Below, one piece after another: positions 20,428 to 29,569 of a stretch of DNA of 64,000 nt. Each line of letters begins with the position of its first letter. Within the stretch, counting starts at the first letter, position 1. The notes under the pieces are model-generated. The model did not search any database, had not been told where the DNA came from, and was given only the letters and a program-made list of their open reading frames with translations. Position numbers and translations under genes: made by a program. The DNA is taken from sequence record PV340856.1; one strand, 5' to 3'.

Positions 20428-20562
20428 CTACAAAAACTTTCAAAAATTGACAAAAAAGGTCATGAAGAAATTTGGGAGTGGGAAGAAACTCCCGAACTTC
20501 GAGCATTCATCAAGAATCAGTCAACTTCAAAACTGTCCGCTCCTCCTACAAGACCCCAATAA
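20424..20562 (+). pseudogene. small ORF apparently split by a 1-nt frameshift (or sequencing error)
   Basis: MTTKTFKN* stops at 20448-20450; the adjacent frame continues IDKKGHEEIWEWEETPELRAF...* across an A5 run. Confidence 0.4.
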
Positions 20563-20564
20563 TA

Positions 20565-20573
20565 TGGTATAAT
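20565..20573 (+). promoter_or_regulatory. extended -10 promoter for the tRNA/tmRNA operon
   Basis: TG-G-TATAAT ending 8 nt before the first tRNA. Confidence 0.55.
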
Positions 20574-20581
20574 AACATAGT

Positions 20582-20654
20582 GCTTCCTTAGCAATCTGGT
20601 GAATGCTCCGAACTCATAATTCGGTTAAGGAGAGTTCGATCCTCTCAGGAAGCA
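20582..20654 (+). tRNA. tRNA with CAU anticodon (Ile2/lysidine-type or Met)
   Basis: Acceptor GCTTCCT/AGGAAGC, anticodon arm CCGAA-CTCATAA-TTCGG, T-loop GTTCGATC. Confidence 0.85.
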
Positions 20655-20659
20655 CTTAT

Positions 20660-20745
20660 GCGAGTATGGCGGAATCGGTAGACGCACCAGACTTAAAATC
20701 TGTTGACTATATAAGGTCGTGGGAGTTCAAGTCTCCCTACTCGCA
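20660..20745 (+). tRNA. trnL: tRNA-Leu(UAA)
   Basis: GCGAGTA/TACTCGC acceptor, CT-TAA-AA loop, long variable arm, GTTCAAGTC. Confidence 0.95.
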
Positions 20746-20749
20746 CCTT

Positions 20750-20821
20750 GCCCTTGTAGCTCAGTGGTAGAGCAGCGCTTTTGTAAAGCGAAGGTCATCG
20801 GTTCAAATCCGTTCGAGGGCT
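20750..20821 (+). tRNA. trnT: tRNA-Thr(UGU)
   Basis: GCCCTTG/CGAGGGC acceptor, CGCTT-TTTGTAA-AGCG anticodon arm, GGTTCAAATCC. Confidence 0.95.
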
Positions 20822-21100
20822 TTCACTCTTTTGAGTGAATAGGTTGCACCATCGACATTTCGGACAGGAGTTCGATTCTCCTCGCTTCCACTCATGGGGG
20901 CGCAATGGTTTCGACGGGGTATACGGAGTGTGACTGAAACCTGCTTGGATAAGCAACCAATAGATGCAAAAACATCTGATGTCGCTGCGAACAATATCGT
21001 AGCATTCTCCCGCACTCGCGAACTCGCGACTGCCTGAATGGGAGATCGGGGTTAGACTAGCCTTGTTACCCAAGTAGTCCGTGGGGGTGTAATGCCCCCT
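20822..21100 (+). ncRNA. ssrA: circularly permuted two-piece tmRNA (acceptor piece about 20822-20890, intervening 20891-20895, coding piece 20896 to about 21100)
   Basis: T-arm AGGAG-TTCGATT-CTCCT plus 3' strand CGCTTCC-A comes before the 5' strand GGGGGCG-CAATGGTTTCGAC; G3-U70 pair; P2 pairing AGTGTGACT with GGTTGCACC; tag ORF 20987-21037 ANNIVAFSRTRELATA*. Confidence 0.9.
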
Positions 21101-21115
21101 TCATTCAGGAGTGTT

Positions 21116-21301
21116 ATGAAAATCAACTTATGGTATTCTAAGAGTATGTCGCAATGGCGATGGACTCTTACCGAAGAGTTTAGGAATGGAGTTACTAAAC
21201 TAGAACAACATTCTGGTCAACATCCATTTCTTAGAGATGCTATGAATGATGTAGCAAACACGGTTGAATACCTTTTGGATGAGCACACCAATCCCAAGTA
21301 G
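21116..21301 (+). CDS. conserved small cyanophage protein; stop codon lies inside tRNA-Asn
   Basis: MKINLWYSKSMSQWRWTL...; CAGGAG RBS; TAG at 21299-21301. Confidence 0.7.
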   Translation: MKINLWYSKSMSQWRWTLTEEFRNGVTKLEQHSGQHPFLRDAMNDVANTVEYLLDEHTNPK

Positions 21302-21363
21302 CTCAGTGGCAGAGCCGCCGACTGTTAATCGGCTGGTCGCTGGTTCAAATCCAGCCTTGGGAG
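21292..21363 (+). tRNA. trnN: tRNA-Asn(GUU)
   Basis: TCCCAAG/CTTGGGA acceptor, GCCGA-CTGTTAA-TCGGC, GGTTCAAATCC. Confidence 0.95.
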
Positions 21364-21366
21364 TAA

Positions 21367-21439
21367 GGGGAATTAGCTCAGTTGGTAGAGCGCCTGCTTT
21401 GCAAGCAGGATGTCAGCGGTTCGAGTCCGCTATTCTCCA
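21367..21439 (+). tRNA. trnA: tRNA-Ala(UGC)
   Basis: GGGGAAT/ATTCTCC with G3-U70, CCTGC-TTTGCAA-GCAGG, GGTTCGAGTCC. Confidence 0.95.
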
Positions 21440-21464
21440 TATATAATAGGAATTGGATAAGTAT

Positions 21465-22193
21465 ATGTTTGAATTAAGTGAGTCGATGGAGGTCGCTCAA
21501 ATTGATAACATCGGACCAAATGCTGTTACTTGTGTTGTTATCGATAACCTCTATGCAAATCCAGATGAAGTTAGAAGATTTGCATTAAAACATAGGGGTG
21601 AAGCAGAGAAGATTAATGAATATTGTGACTTTGGTGATCGGTTAGCAATTAAACACAAGGATATCCGCAATATAAAAGAAGTTGTTGATGATTTTGTTAG
21701 GAACCGTGCTATCTGGAATAACTGGTATGACGAGTTATCATATGAAACTAACTGGCATGATGCCGAGTTTCTAGTAAATTTCACTAGTCACCAAACTTTA
21801 GTTAATAATCCATTTGGATTAATTCCACATCAAGACACATATCTAAGATTTCAACTCCCAAGTAGATTTGGAGTTGTAATCTATTTAAATACTCCTGAGG
21901 AGTGTGAGGGAGGCACAAACTTTTATAGTTACCTTGGCAAACAAGGACTCGAAAGATCTTTATTGTATGAGAAACAATTTAAAGATATTACGAGTGCCGA
22001 TAACAAATGTACTGAGACATATGAAGAGTTATTCAATACAATTCAAATGTCCTCTGCACTGAAAATTGAAGCAGAGATTGGAATGAGATATAATAGAATG
22101 CTCATTTATCCTGTAGATATTCTTCACGCACCAAGTATGGCTCCTGGATGGTTTAAAAATCATGAAAGAATTGCACAAGTAATGTTCTTATGA
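21465..22193 (+). CDS. 2OG-Fe(II) oxygenase-like protein (DUF6445-like)
   Basis: VVIDNLYANPDEVR.FA, PHQD, YLNTPEECEGGTNFY, YNRMLIY...LH...RIAQVMF. Confidence 0.75.
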   Translation: MFELSESMEVAQIDNIGPNAVTCVVIDNLYANPDEVRRFALKHRGEAEKINEYCDFGDRLAIKHKDIRNIKEVVDDFVRNRAIWNNWYDELSYETNWHDAEFLVNFTSHQTLVNNPFGLIPHQDTYLRFQLPSRFGVVIYLNTPEECEGGTNFYSYLGKQGLERSLLYEKQFKDITSADNKCTETYEELFNTIQMSSALKIEAEIGMRYNRMLIYPVDILHAPSMAPGWFKNHERIAQVMFL

Positions 22194-22221
22194 TATAATT
22201 AGTATGTGTGAAGGAAGTGCG

Positions 22222-22254
22222 ACCTCTCTGACCGTAGGGTTGGAGGGGTTTTTT
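22222..22254 (+). terminator. probable terminator before the tail fibre gene
   Basis: ACCTCTCTGACC-GTAG-GGTTGGAGGGGT plus T run. Confidence 0.55.
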
Positions 22255-22297
22255 CATTGTCTAAATACAGAAAGGAATCATATATTGAGCAGATAAG

Positions 22298-25200
22298 ATG
22301 CCTCTATCAAGATTAGAAAATTTTCTGAAGAACGCAGAAGGTAACATTCTATATGTAAACCCAAGTGATTTTGACGCTACCGATAGTATTGAAAACCGTG
22401 GTAACTCGCAGACGAGACCTTTCAAAACTATTCAAAGAGCATTGATCGAGGCTGCTCGTTTTTCATATCAAACGGGAAAAAATAATGACAAAATCGACAG
22501 AACAACTATTCTGGTTTTTCCTGGCGTTCACTACATTGATAACAGACCAGGATATACTGTAACAAATAATAATGGAAGTGCTGAGTTTAGAGTAAGAAAA
22601 AATGCTGGTTGGCAAACTGCTGACCTGACTCAGTTCACTTCTGAGACTAACTTTGATGTTTTAGATCCAAACAACGAACTCTATAAGTATAACTCTACAG
22701 AAGGTGGAGCAATTCTCCCCCGTGGTACTTCCATCATCGGTTTAGATCTCCGCAAAACTAAACTGAGACCACTATATGTACCCGATCCTCTAAATGATAA
22801 CCAACTATATGGTGGTATTCTTCGTGTTACTGGTACTTGTTACTTCACTGCTTTCACAATCTTTGATGCAGATATTTCTAAAAATGCATATTATGATTAT
22901 GACAGCAATACAAAAATTCCAACATATTCTCACCATAAACTTGCTGCATTTACATATGCGGATGGTGTAAATAATGTATTGATTAATGGAACCGACTCTG
23001 GTCTAACTGACCTGGATATGTTCTATTTCAAAGTAGCACAAGCTTATGGTGATGCTTCGGGTAGACCAGTTCCCGACTTCCCCACATTTGATGATTTTGA
23101 ACCAAGTGTAGACGAATTTAGAATTGTTGGTGACCTAGCTGCGGACCCCGTTGGCATTACCTCTATTAAGGCCGGTGATGGTAACACTCCTAACAATGTC
23201 ATTACCGTCGATACAACTAAAGCACATGGATTATTCAAAGATACTCCTGTTCTTATTGCTGGTATCACAACATCTGTCAACTCATATAACGGATCCTTCT
23301 TAGTAGAAGAAGTTATTAGTGACACACAGTTTAGATACTTAGCTCCCAGTGTTCCTATTACTGCACTCCCAACTCCACAAGAGATTCAAAACTCTTCTGT
23401 AATTATTGAACCAGATACTGTTGGTTCTGCATCTCCATATGTTTTCAACTGTTCTCTTCGTTCCGTTTTCGGTCTAAACGGGTTAGATTGTGATGGAGAT
23501 AAAGCTACTGGATTTAAATCCATGGTTTGTGCTCAGTTTACGGGCATCTCTATTCAAAAGGATGATAATGCTTTTGTCCTCTATAATCCAGATACCGCAG
23601 TATTTAACGATGACTTAAGTGTATCGGATTCTGATAGACCTCTGCACTCAAACTCCAGAGCAGTCTATAAACCAACCTTTGAGACCTCTCACATGAGAGT
23701 GAGAAACAATGCTGTTGTTCAGTTGGTTTCTATCTTCGCTATTGCATATGCACGTCACTTCCATGCAGAAAGAGGTGGTGACGCATCTATTACTAACTCC
23801 AACTCTAACTTTGGACAAACGGCTCTAGAGTCTAGTGGTTTCAGACCAGAGTCATTTAACCGTGATGATGTTGGATATATCACTCACGTTCTTCCCCCTA
23901 GAGAGATTCCAAAGAATGAAACTACAGCATCTTGGTTAACACTCGACACACAGAAGACGGTTGGTATTGGCATTACAGATCGACTATATCTTTTCAGTTA
24001 TAACACTGAAGAAATTGTTCCACCTGCACAGGTTGACTCATATAGAATTGGTGCGAAGAAAAGAGATAAATTATTCCTCTCTGTTGTAAATACTCTCACT
24101 GGACAAGCTGTTCAAGAGACTTATGAAACCCCGATTCTTATGCAGGTTCCTTCTGGGACGGGTGTTGAATCGGAGAAAGAATATCAAGTCATCAGAAATT
24201 CTGGTGTTAATGCTATTATTTCTAACGTCATTAGTTTTACAACTAATCATCAGCTTAATAATGGAGAAAAGATTAGAGTTTTTTCCAACACTGGTGAAAC
24301 TCCAAATGGTATTGTAAATGATAAAATCTATTATGCTATTGCTGGTGGAAATCTCGCTGCAAATAGAATTCAGTTAGCATCTACATTTAATGATGCACTA
24401 TCTCGTAGACCTTTAACTGGTATTTCTAATGGTGGTGGAGAACTAACTGTAGTTTCTAGAGTTACCGATAAATTGCCAGGAGATCCTGGACACCCAATTC
24501 AATTTGATAGTATCAATAACCAATGGTACATCTTGGGTCACCCAAGTGAAACCTTTAACCAAATTACCCCAGCACTTAGAACTATTGGTGCAGGTGTTAT
24601 TGGAAATGAAACTGGTTCCACTTATGTAAAACGTAGAGTAGATAATAGATCTCTGATTGATAGGTTATATCGTGTAAGATATGTTCTGCCTAAGGAACAT
24701 GTTGATGCTCGTGCTCCTAAACCTGGATTTGTTCTACAAGAATCTAAGACTGTTGGTATTGGTAGTGCATCATTCCTGACCGCTGATCTATCCAACCCAA
24801 CTCAACTTAAGAATGTTAAGATTATCAAAAAAGCTAATTATAGCAATACTACCTTAACATTTGAGACAGAACTTCCTCACAGATTGAGTGAAGGTGATTT
24901 GGTAAAGGTAAGAAATGTAGAATCTGTTAATAATCCTCTCAATAATTTTAACGTTGGATATAACGGCGAACATGTTGTCGATAATATCATTTCCAGCAAA
25001 GCATTTACTGTAACTGGAATCACCACAGATCCTGGTCTTTTCCTCAATGAAAACAACCAGAGAACAACACAACAACAAATTGAAGATTTACCAACAGTAG
25101 AAAGATCCAAATCTAAGGATTCTTTCTATGTTTATCGAGTACAGGAATCTAAACCACATATTCCTGGAACTGCTGGACAAGATGGTGTATATAACATCAC

Positions 25201-28200
25201 TCTAGTTTGTGGATCTATCCCATTAGATAAAGATCTTGGTTTTGGTGTATCCTTCAAATCATTTTCACAAGACATTAGAAACCTTTATCCGCAACAGGAT
25301 AGAGATAACTATGACTCTGATCCACAAGCGTCTATCTCACATGCAAATGCAAATGTCATTGGTAATGTAGTCTCCAATAATAGACAAAAATCACTAACTC
25401 GCGAAGCGTTATCTTACTTCATGCAGGGTCAAGAAGTTGGATATGCTGTTACTGGCGCAGTTGTTACTGGTACAGGTAATACCACTCTTACGATGTTTAC
25501 AAAAGCTGAACATCGATTCAATCAAATTAAGGGGTTACGTATTATCAATCCTGGAGCAGGATACAATAATGGTTCTGGTATTGCAACTGTTATCTATTCC
25601 GCAGATCTTGAGAACGTTACTCTAACTGGTAGACAAGCATCGGCTAAGGTACAGATCTCTGCTGCGGGTACTGTAACTAGTGTAGAGATTATTGATGGTG
25701 GTACTGGTTATGGTATCGGAAATACCATGACTATCTCTGCATATCCAGCAGGATCTCCTACGACTAATGCTGTTGTTGAAGTTACTGGTGTATTTGATAA
25801 TGTTTATGATGGTATGCACTTATCTGGCTTCGCAGATCCTCTTCTGAACGGAACATTTAAGATCGTAGATATTCCATCTTCCAAGTCTATTTCTGTTGAG
25901 ATACCTCAATCAAGAGGACTTGGACCTTACTATACTGTAAGAGATGACAGAAGACTGCCATCATATCACCTGGCAAACATTGGTGTTGGTGTAACCTATA
26001 TCCATGTTACTAATAGAGATGAAGGCACAGTACAGATTTTGACTGATGCAAACCATACTTTAGTTGCTGGTAATTGTTTCACCATTCAAGGAACTGGAAA
26101 TACTAACTGGGATGATCAAATCTTTATCGTTGATGATGTTGATCAGAACAATCCACTAAGAAGTATTCACTTCAATGTTGGTGTCCATACTGTTGGTTTT
26201 GTAACCTCTTATGATACAATCAACACCAGATTGTTTGGTACTGGTATTAGTGCAAATGCCAAGACTCTTGGTTTGGGTGAAAACAATCTTGCTGGTAGAG
26301 CATCTTACTTCTATACTGGTATTTCTACCACAGTTGCTTCTCCAATCACAACAACAGATACCCAACTTACTCTTACTTCTATAGAAGGATTTAAGAAAGG
26401 TGATTATATCATTATTGGATCGGAAATCATGCGATTCACCAATGATAACATCAATAATGTTCTCCGTGGTCAGTTTGGTACAGTCAACGCATCTGCTCCT
26501 GTTGGAGCAACCATCAAAAAGATTAATGTTCTACCAATGGAATTGCGTAGACCATCTATTCTTCGTGCATCTGGTCATACGTTTGAATATCTTGGTTATG
26601 GATCTGGTAACTACTCCACATCTCTGCCACAAAAACAGGATAGAGTTCTAACAGACCAAGAAACACTTGCTGCACAGAAGAAAGAACTTGATGGTGGTAA
26701 AGTTGTCTACACTGGTATGAATGACAGTGGTGACTTCTATACTGGATACAAGAGACTATCTTCAATCACTGGTGAAGAAGAAGTTGTTGGCGCACCTATT
26801 TTCACTTATACTGGTGATGATGCAGAGGCAGAGGGAACTAAAAGAGTTGCGGGTGTATTTGACGAATTACTTGTTAGAGAATCTATCACAGTTGAGGGTG
26901 GAGATAACAACAATAGAACATCACAATTCTATGGTCCCGTAAACTTCACAGAAAAACTCGCCAATAGTTCTGATGATGGTATTGAAACCAAGAACTTCTT
27001 CTTACGAGGAAATGCACCTCAGGGCAAATTATTAACTGTTGGTATTCAAACTCCAACTGGTGCAGCTCGTGCTGGAGATCTTTCATTTGCTGGTATTCCA
27101 GATAATGGTGGATACCTTGGACATATCTATGCTGAGGGTGATTGGAGAAGATTTGGTGTTATTTCTAGAGAAAAGAATAGAAATTTCTATACTGTAGATC
27201 AAGTATCTATTGGAGCTAGTGACGGACAAACTTTTAGATGGAGAGATGCTCTTGAAGTTAATGGTGTCACCAAACTGGATCACCTATTTGTTACTGGTAT
27301 TGTTACGTTTGCATCTAACCAGACATTCTCTGGTGTTACCTATGATTCAATTGTTGTCAGACAACTTGCAAACTTCTATGGTTATAACTTAAGTGGTGGA
27401 TTTTCGGATGAAGGTATTGCTTGGGAAAACTATGGATTCTATACCATTGTTGATGAAGGTGGTACAGCAAGACTCAACAACATGGAAGTTGTTGGTACTT
27501 ATGTTTCATTTAAAGCTTCTGCACAAGTTGACATTCTCTCACAGTTAACTTCTGGTTATACTGGTATTAACTCTATCAAGGGTGACATTACCTGTAGTAA
27601 TATCTCGGTAAGAGAACAAGATCCTCTGAATGGCAGTGGCAAGTTCTTCGCTGAAGATCTCGTAGTTCAAACTGGTTTTGCTACCGATTTCAATGTTGGA
27701 TCTACTGGAACTGGTGGAGTCCTGACAGTTGGTAATAGAGCAGGATCTACACTTAATGGACATGCAAACATTGTAAGTATTACTGGTCCTGGTATGCCAG
27801 ATGATACTGGTGGAGGTTCTGTTGCACTACCACCACAAGGTGGTGGTCAAACATATCAAGGTGTTTCTAGAGTTGCTATTACTAGTGCATACGTAAATGT
27901 TGGTGTCATCACCAACTTCCATGCACCTTCTGTCTCTTACCTAAATCAACCAAAAATTGCAAGTGGTGTTGCAACTTCTTTTGAAGTTACAAATAATCTA
28001 ACTGTTAATGATGCTGGTTCTAGTGCAACTATTGCTACTCTGAACTTTACCACTGGTAGTGGCACAAATCTAACCTTGAGTCAAGATCTGACAGTTCGGG
28101 GTGGTTCTTCTGTTGCAAGACTTAGGGAAATTGAATTTGATACTCAAATTGTAGGACCAACAGCATTATTCAATGATGTAAAATGTACTACTTTGAATCC

Positions 28201-29569
28201 CAAAACAAGCGGAACATTAGCAATAAATTGTACTACATTAACTGCGACAAATACGATTACTTGTCAAGGATCTTCTTTCTCAAGAATTAATAAACTCAAT
28301 TCTCAAGAAATTGTGATGGAACCATTAGCTAGTGGTTCTATCAAAACTGGTAAATTGCAAGTTGGCGATACAAGTTCCAACTCACCAAGTTCTGATGCTA
28401 AAATTAGATATTTGAATGGATTGACAGTTGGTAGTTCTAATCCAAGACTGGATATTAATTGTGGTCCTCAAGGAAAAATTACAGCTTTCCAAATTGAATC
28501 TACTGCAGCTTCTGGTAATCCACCGTTTGTAGTAAGATCTACGACCAAAGTTAATGATCTAAATGCCGATTTATTGGATGGACTCGACACATCTTCCAAC
28601 GATAGAAGTGGAGATAGTGTTGTTGTTAGAGACAATGGTAATTTTGAGGCGGGAACTATTACAGCTGATAACTTCAATGGGGGAGATTTCTCTGGCGCGA
28701 GCCTTGCTCTTTCTGGAAATCTTGCATGTAGTGGTACAGTTACAAGTACATTTTCGGGTAACTTATCAGGAACTGCATCTAATGCAACTAAAGCTACAGA
28801 TGTTGATCTTGGAAAGGGTGTTCTATACAACACTGGCCAGACTGCAACAACAGTCTCTAGTAATTTCTATTATCAGTCAAATATACTATATGCTCCTAGA
28901 TTCTCTGGTAATCACAGCGGTAATGGTTCTGGACTAACCAGTCTTCCTGCTGGCCAACTCACAGGAACCTTGCCTGATGGTGTACTTGGCAGTATAGATG
29001 CTGCCGACCTCACAGGAGATAATGGATCCCTTCCTGCAAGACTAGTCCCAACTCTAAACCAGGATACAACAGGAAATGCGGCAACAGCTAGTGAAATTAG
29101 AGTTAGTGGTTTAGGAAATGGTGCGGGACCACATTATCTTCTCATGCAGGAGGGAACAGCTCCAGGAAATCATTACACCAGAGCAAGAGTTGATGGAGGA
29201 ATTTGGTATAGATCCCACACCGACTCACTATATGTTTCTGGTGATCTTATCGCTTTCGCATCAGATGATAGACTTAAGACTAACAAAAAGATCATTGAAA
29301 ATGCACTTGAAAAAGTACGTTCTCTAAATGGTTTTACCTTCAACTTCAATGAAACTGCTGCGGAACTTGGTAAAGACACCGAAACCACACATGTTGGTGT
29401 TTCTGCACAAGAGGTTGAAAAAGTTCTACCTGAAGCAGTTACTGAATCTGCAACTGAGGGTTATTTAACTGTCAAGTATGACAAAATGGTTGCCCTTCTT
29501 ATTGAAGCAATCAAGGAACAGTCTGAACAGATTGATTATCTTAAGGAGGAGATTGAAAAGTTGAAATAA
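22298..29569 (+). CDS. long tail fibre with C-terminal intramolecular chaperone (peptidase S74-like)
   Basis: Cyanophage fibre N-terminus MPLSRLENFLKN.EGNILYVNPSD; C-terminal SDDRLKTN..IENALEKV..LNG.TF...GVSAQEVEKVLPEAV...LIEAIKE; late promoter upstream. Confidence 0.9.
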   Translation: MPLSRLENFLKNAEGNILYVNPSDFDATDSIENRGNSQTRPFKTIQRALIEAARFSYQTGKNNDKIDRTTILVFPGVHYIDNRPGYTVTNNNGSAEFRVRKNAGWQTADLTQFTSETNFDVLDPNNELYKYNSTEGGAILPRGTSIIGLDLRKTKLRPLYVPDPLNDNQLYGGILRVTGTCYFTAFTIFDADISKNAYYDYDSNTKIPTYSHHKLAAFTYADGVNNVLINGTDSGLTDLDMFYFKVAQAYGDASGRPVPDFPTFDDFEPSVDEFRIVGDLAADPVGITSIKAGDGNTPNNVITVDTTKAHGLFKDTPVLIAGITTSVNSYNGSFLVEEVISDTQFRYLAPSVPITALPTPQEIQNSSVIIEPDTVGSASPYVFNCSLRSVFGLNGLDCDGDKATGFKSMVCAQFTGISIQKDDNAFVLYNPDTAVFNDDLSVSDSDRPLHSNSRAVYKPTFETSHMRVRNNAVVQLVSIFAIAYARHFHAERGGDASITNSNSNFGQTALESSGFRPESFNRDDVGYITHVLPPREIPKNETTASWLTLDTQKTVGIGITDRLYLFSYNTEEIVPPAQVDSYRIGAKKRDKLFLSVVNTLTGQAVQETYETPILMQVPSGTGVESEKEYQVIRNSGVNAIISNVISFTTNHQLNNGEKIRVFSNTGETPNGIVNDKIYYAIAGGNLAANRIQLASTFNDALSRRPLTGISNGGGELTVVSRVTDKLPGDPGHPIQFDSINNQWYILGHPSETFNQITPALRTIGAGVIGNETGSTYVKRRVDNRSLIDRLYRVRYVLPKEHVDARAPKPGFVLQESKTVGIGSASFLTADLSNPTQLKNVKIIKKANYSNTTLTFETELPHRLSEGDLVKVRNVESVNNPLNNFNVGYNGEHVVDNIISSKAFTVTGITTDPGLFLNENNQRTTQQQIEDLPTVERSKSKDSFYVYRVQESKPHIPGTAGQDGVYNITLVCGSIPLDKDLGFGVSFKSFSQDIRNLYPQQDRDNYDSDPQASISHANANVIGNVVSNNRQKSLTREALSYFMQGQEVGYAVTGAVVTGTGNTTLTMFTKAEHRFNQIKGLRIINPGAGYNNGSGIATVIYSADLENVTLTGRQASAKVQISAAGTVTSVEIIDGGTGYGIGNTMTISAYPAGSPTTNAVVEVTGVFDNVYDGMHLSGFADPLLNGTFKIVDIPSSKSISVEIPQSRGLGPYYTVRDDRRLPSYHLANIGVGVTYIHVTNRDEGTVQILTDANHTLVAGNCFTIQGTGNTNWDDQIFIVDDVDQNNPLRSIHFNVGVHTVGFVTSYDTINTRLFGTGISANAKTLGLGENNLAGRASYFYTGISTTVASPITTTDTQLTLTSIEGFKKGDYIIIGSEIMRFTNDNINNVLRGQFGTVNASAPVGATIKKINVLPMELRRPSILRASGHTFEYLGYGSGNYSTSLPQKQDRVLTDQETLAAQKKELDGGKVVYTGMNDSGDFYTGYKRLSSITGEEEVVGAPIFTYTGDDAEAEGTKRVAGVFDELLVRESITVEGGDNNNRTSQFYGPVNFTEKLANSSDDGIETKNFFLRGNAPQGKLLTVGIQTPTGAARAGDLSFAGIPDNGGYLGHIYAEGDWRRFGVISREKNRNFYTVDQVSIGASDGQTFRWRDALEVNGVTKLDHLFVTGIVTFASNQTFSGVTYDSIVVRQLANFYGYNLSGGFSDEGIAWENYGFYTIVDEGGTARLNNMEVVGTYVSFKASAQVDILSQLTSGYTGINSIKGDITCSNISVREQDPLNGSGKFFAEDLVVQTGFATDFNVGSTGTGGVLTVGNRAGSTLNGHANIVSITGPGMPDDTGGGSVALPPQGGGQTYQGVSRVAITSAYVNVGVITNFHAPSVSYLNQPKIASGVATSFEVTNNLTVNDAGSSATIATLNFTTGSGTNLTLSQDLTVRGGSSVARLREIEFDTQIVGPTALFNDVKCTTLNPKTSGTLAINCTTLTATNTITCQGSSFSRINKLNSQEIVMEPLASGSIKTGKLQVGDTSSNSPSSDAKIRYLNGLTVGSSNPRLDINCGPQGKITAFQIESTAASGNPPFVVRSTTKVNDLNADLLDGLDTSSNDRSGDSVVVRDNGNFEAGTITADNFNGGDFSGASLALSGNLACSGTVTSTFSGNLSGTASNATKATDVDLGKGVLYNTGQTATTVSSNFYYQSNILYAPRFSGNHSGNGSGLTSLPAGQLTGTLPDGVLGSIDAADLTGDNGSLPARLVPTLNQDTTGNAATASEIRVSGLGNGAGPHYLLMQEGTAPGNHYTRARVDGGIWYRSHTDSLYVSGDLIAFASDDRLKTNKKIIENALEKVRSLNGFTFNFNETAAELGKDTETTHVGVSAQEVEKVLPEAVTESATEGYLTVKYDKMVALLIEAIKEQSEQIDYLKEEIEKLK

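Noticed and set aside
20860-20915. Pseudo-tRNA or split tRNA interpretation of the T-arm after tRNA-Thr
   Set aside because: There is no anticodon arm; the reversed half order, CGAC D-loop analogue, P2 helix and tag ORF fit a permuted tmRNA much better
20795-21073. ORFs 20795-21073 (-) and 20803-21015 (-) in the track
   Set aside because: Antisense shadows of tRNA-Thr and the tmRNA, with no RBS or recognisable motifs
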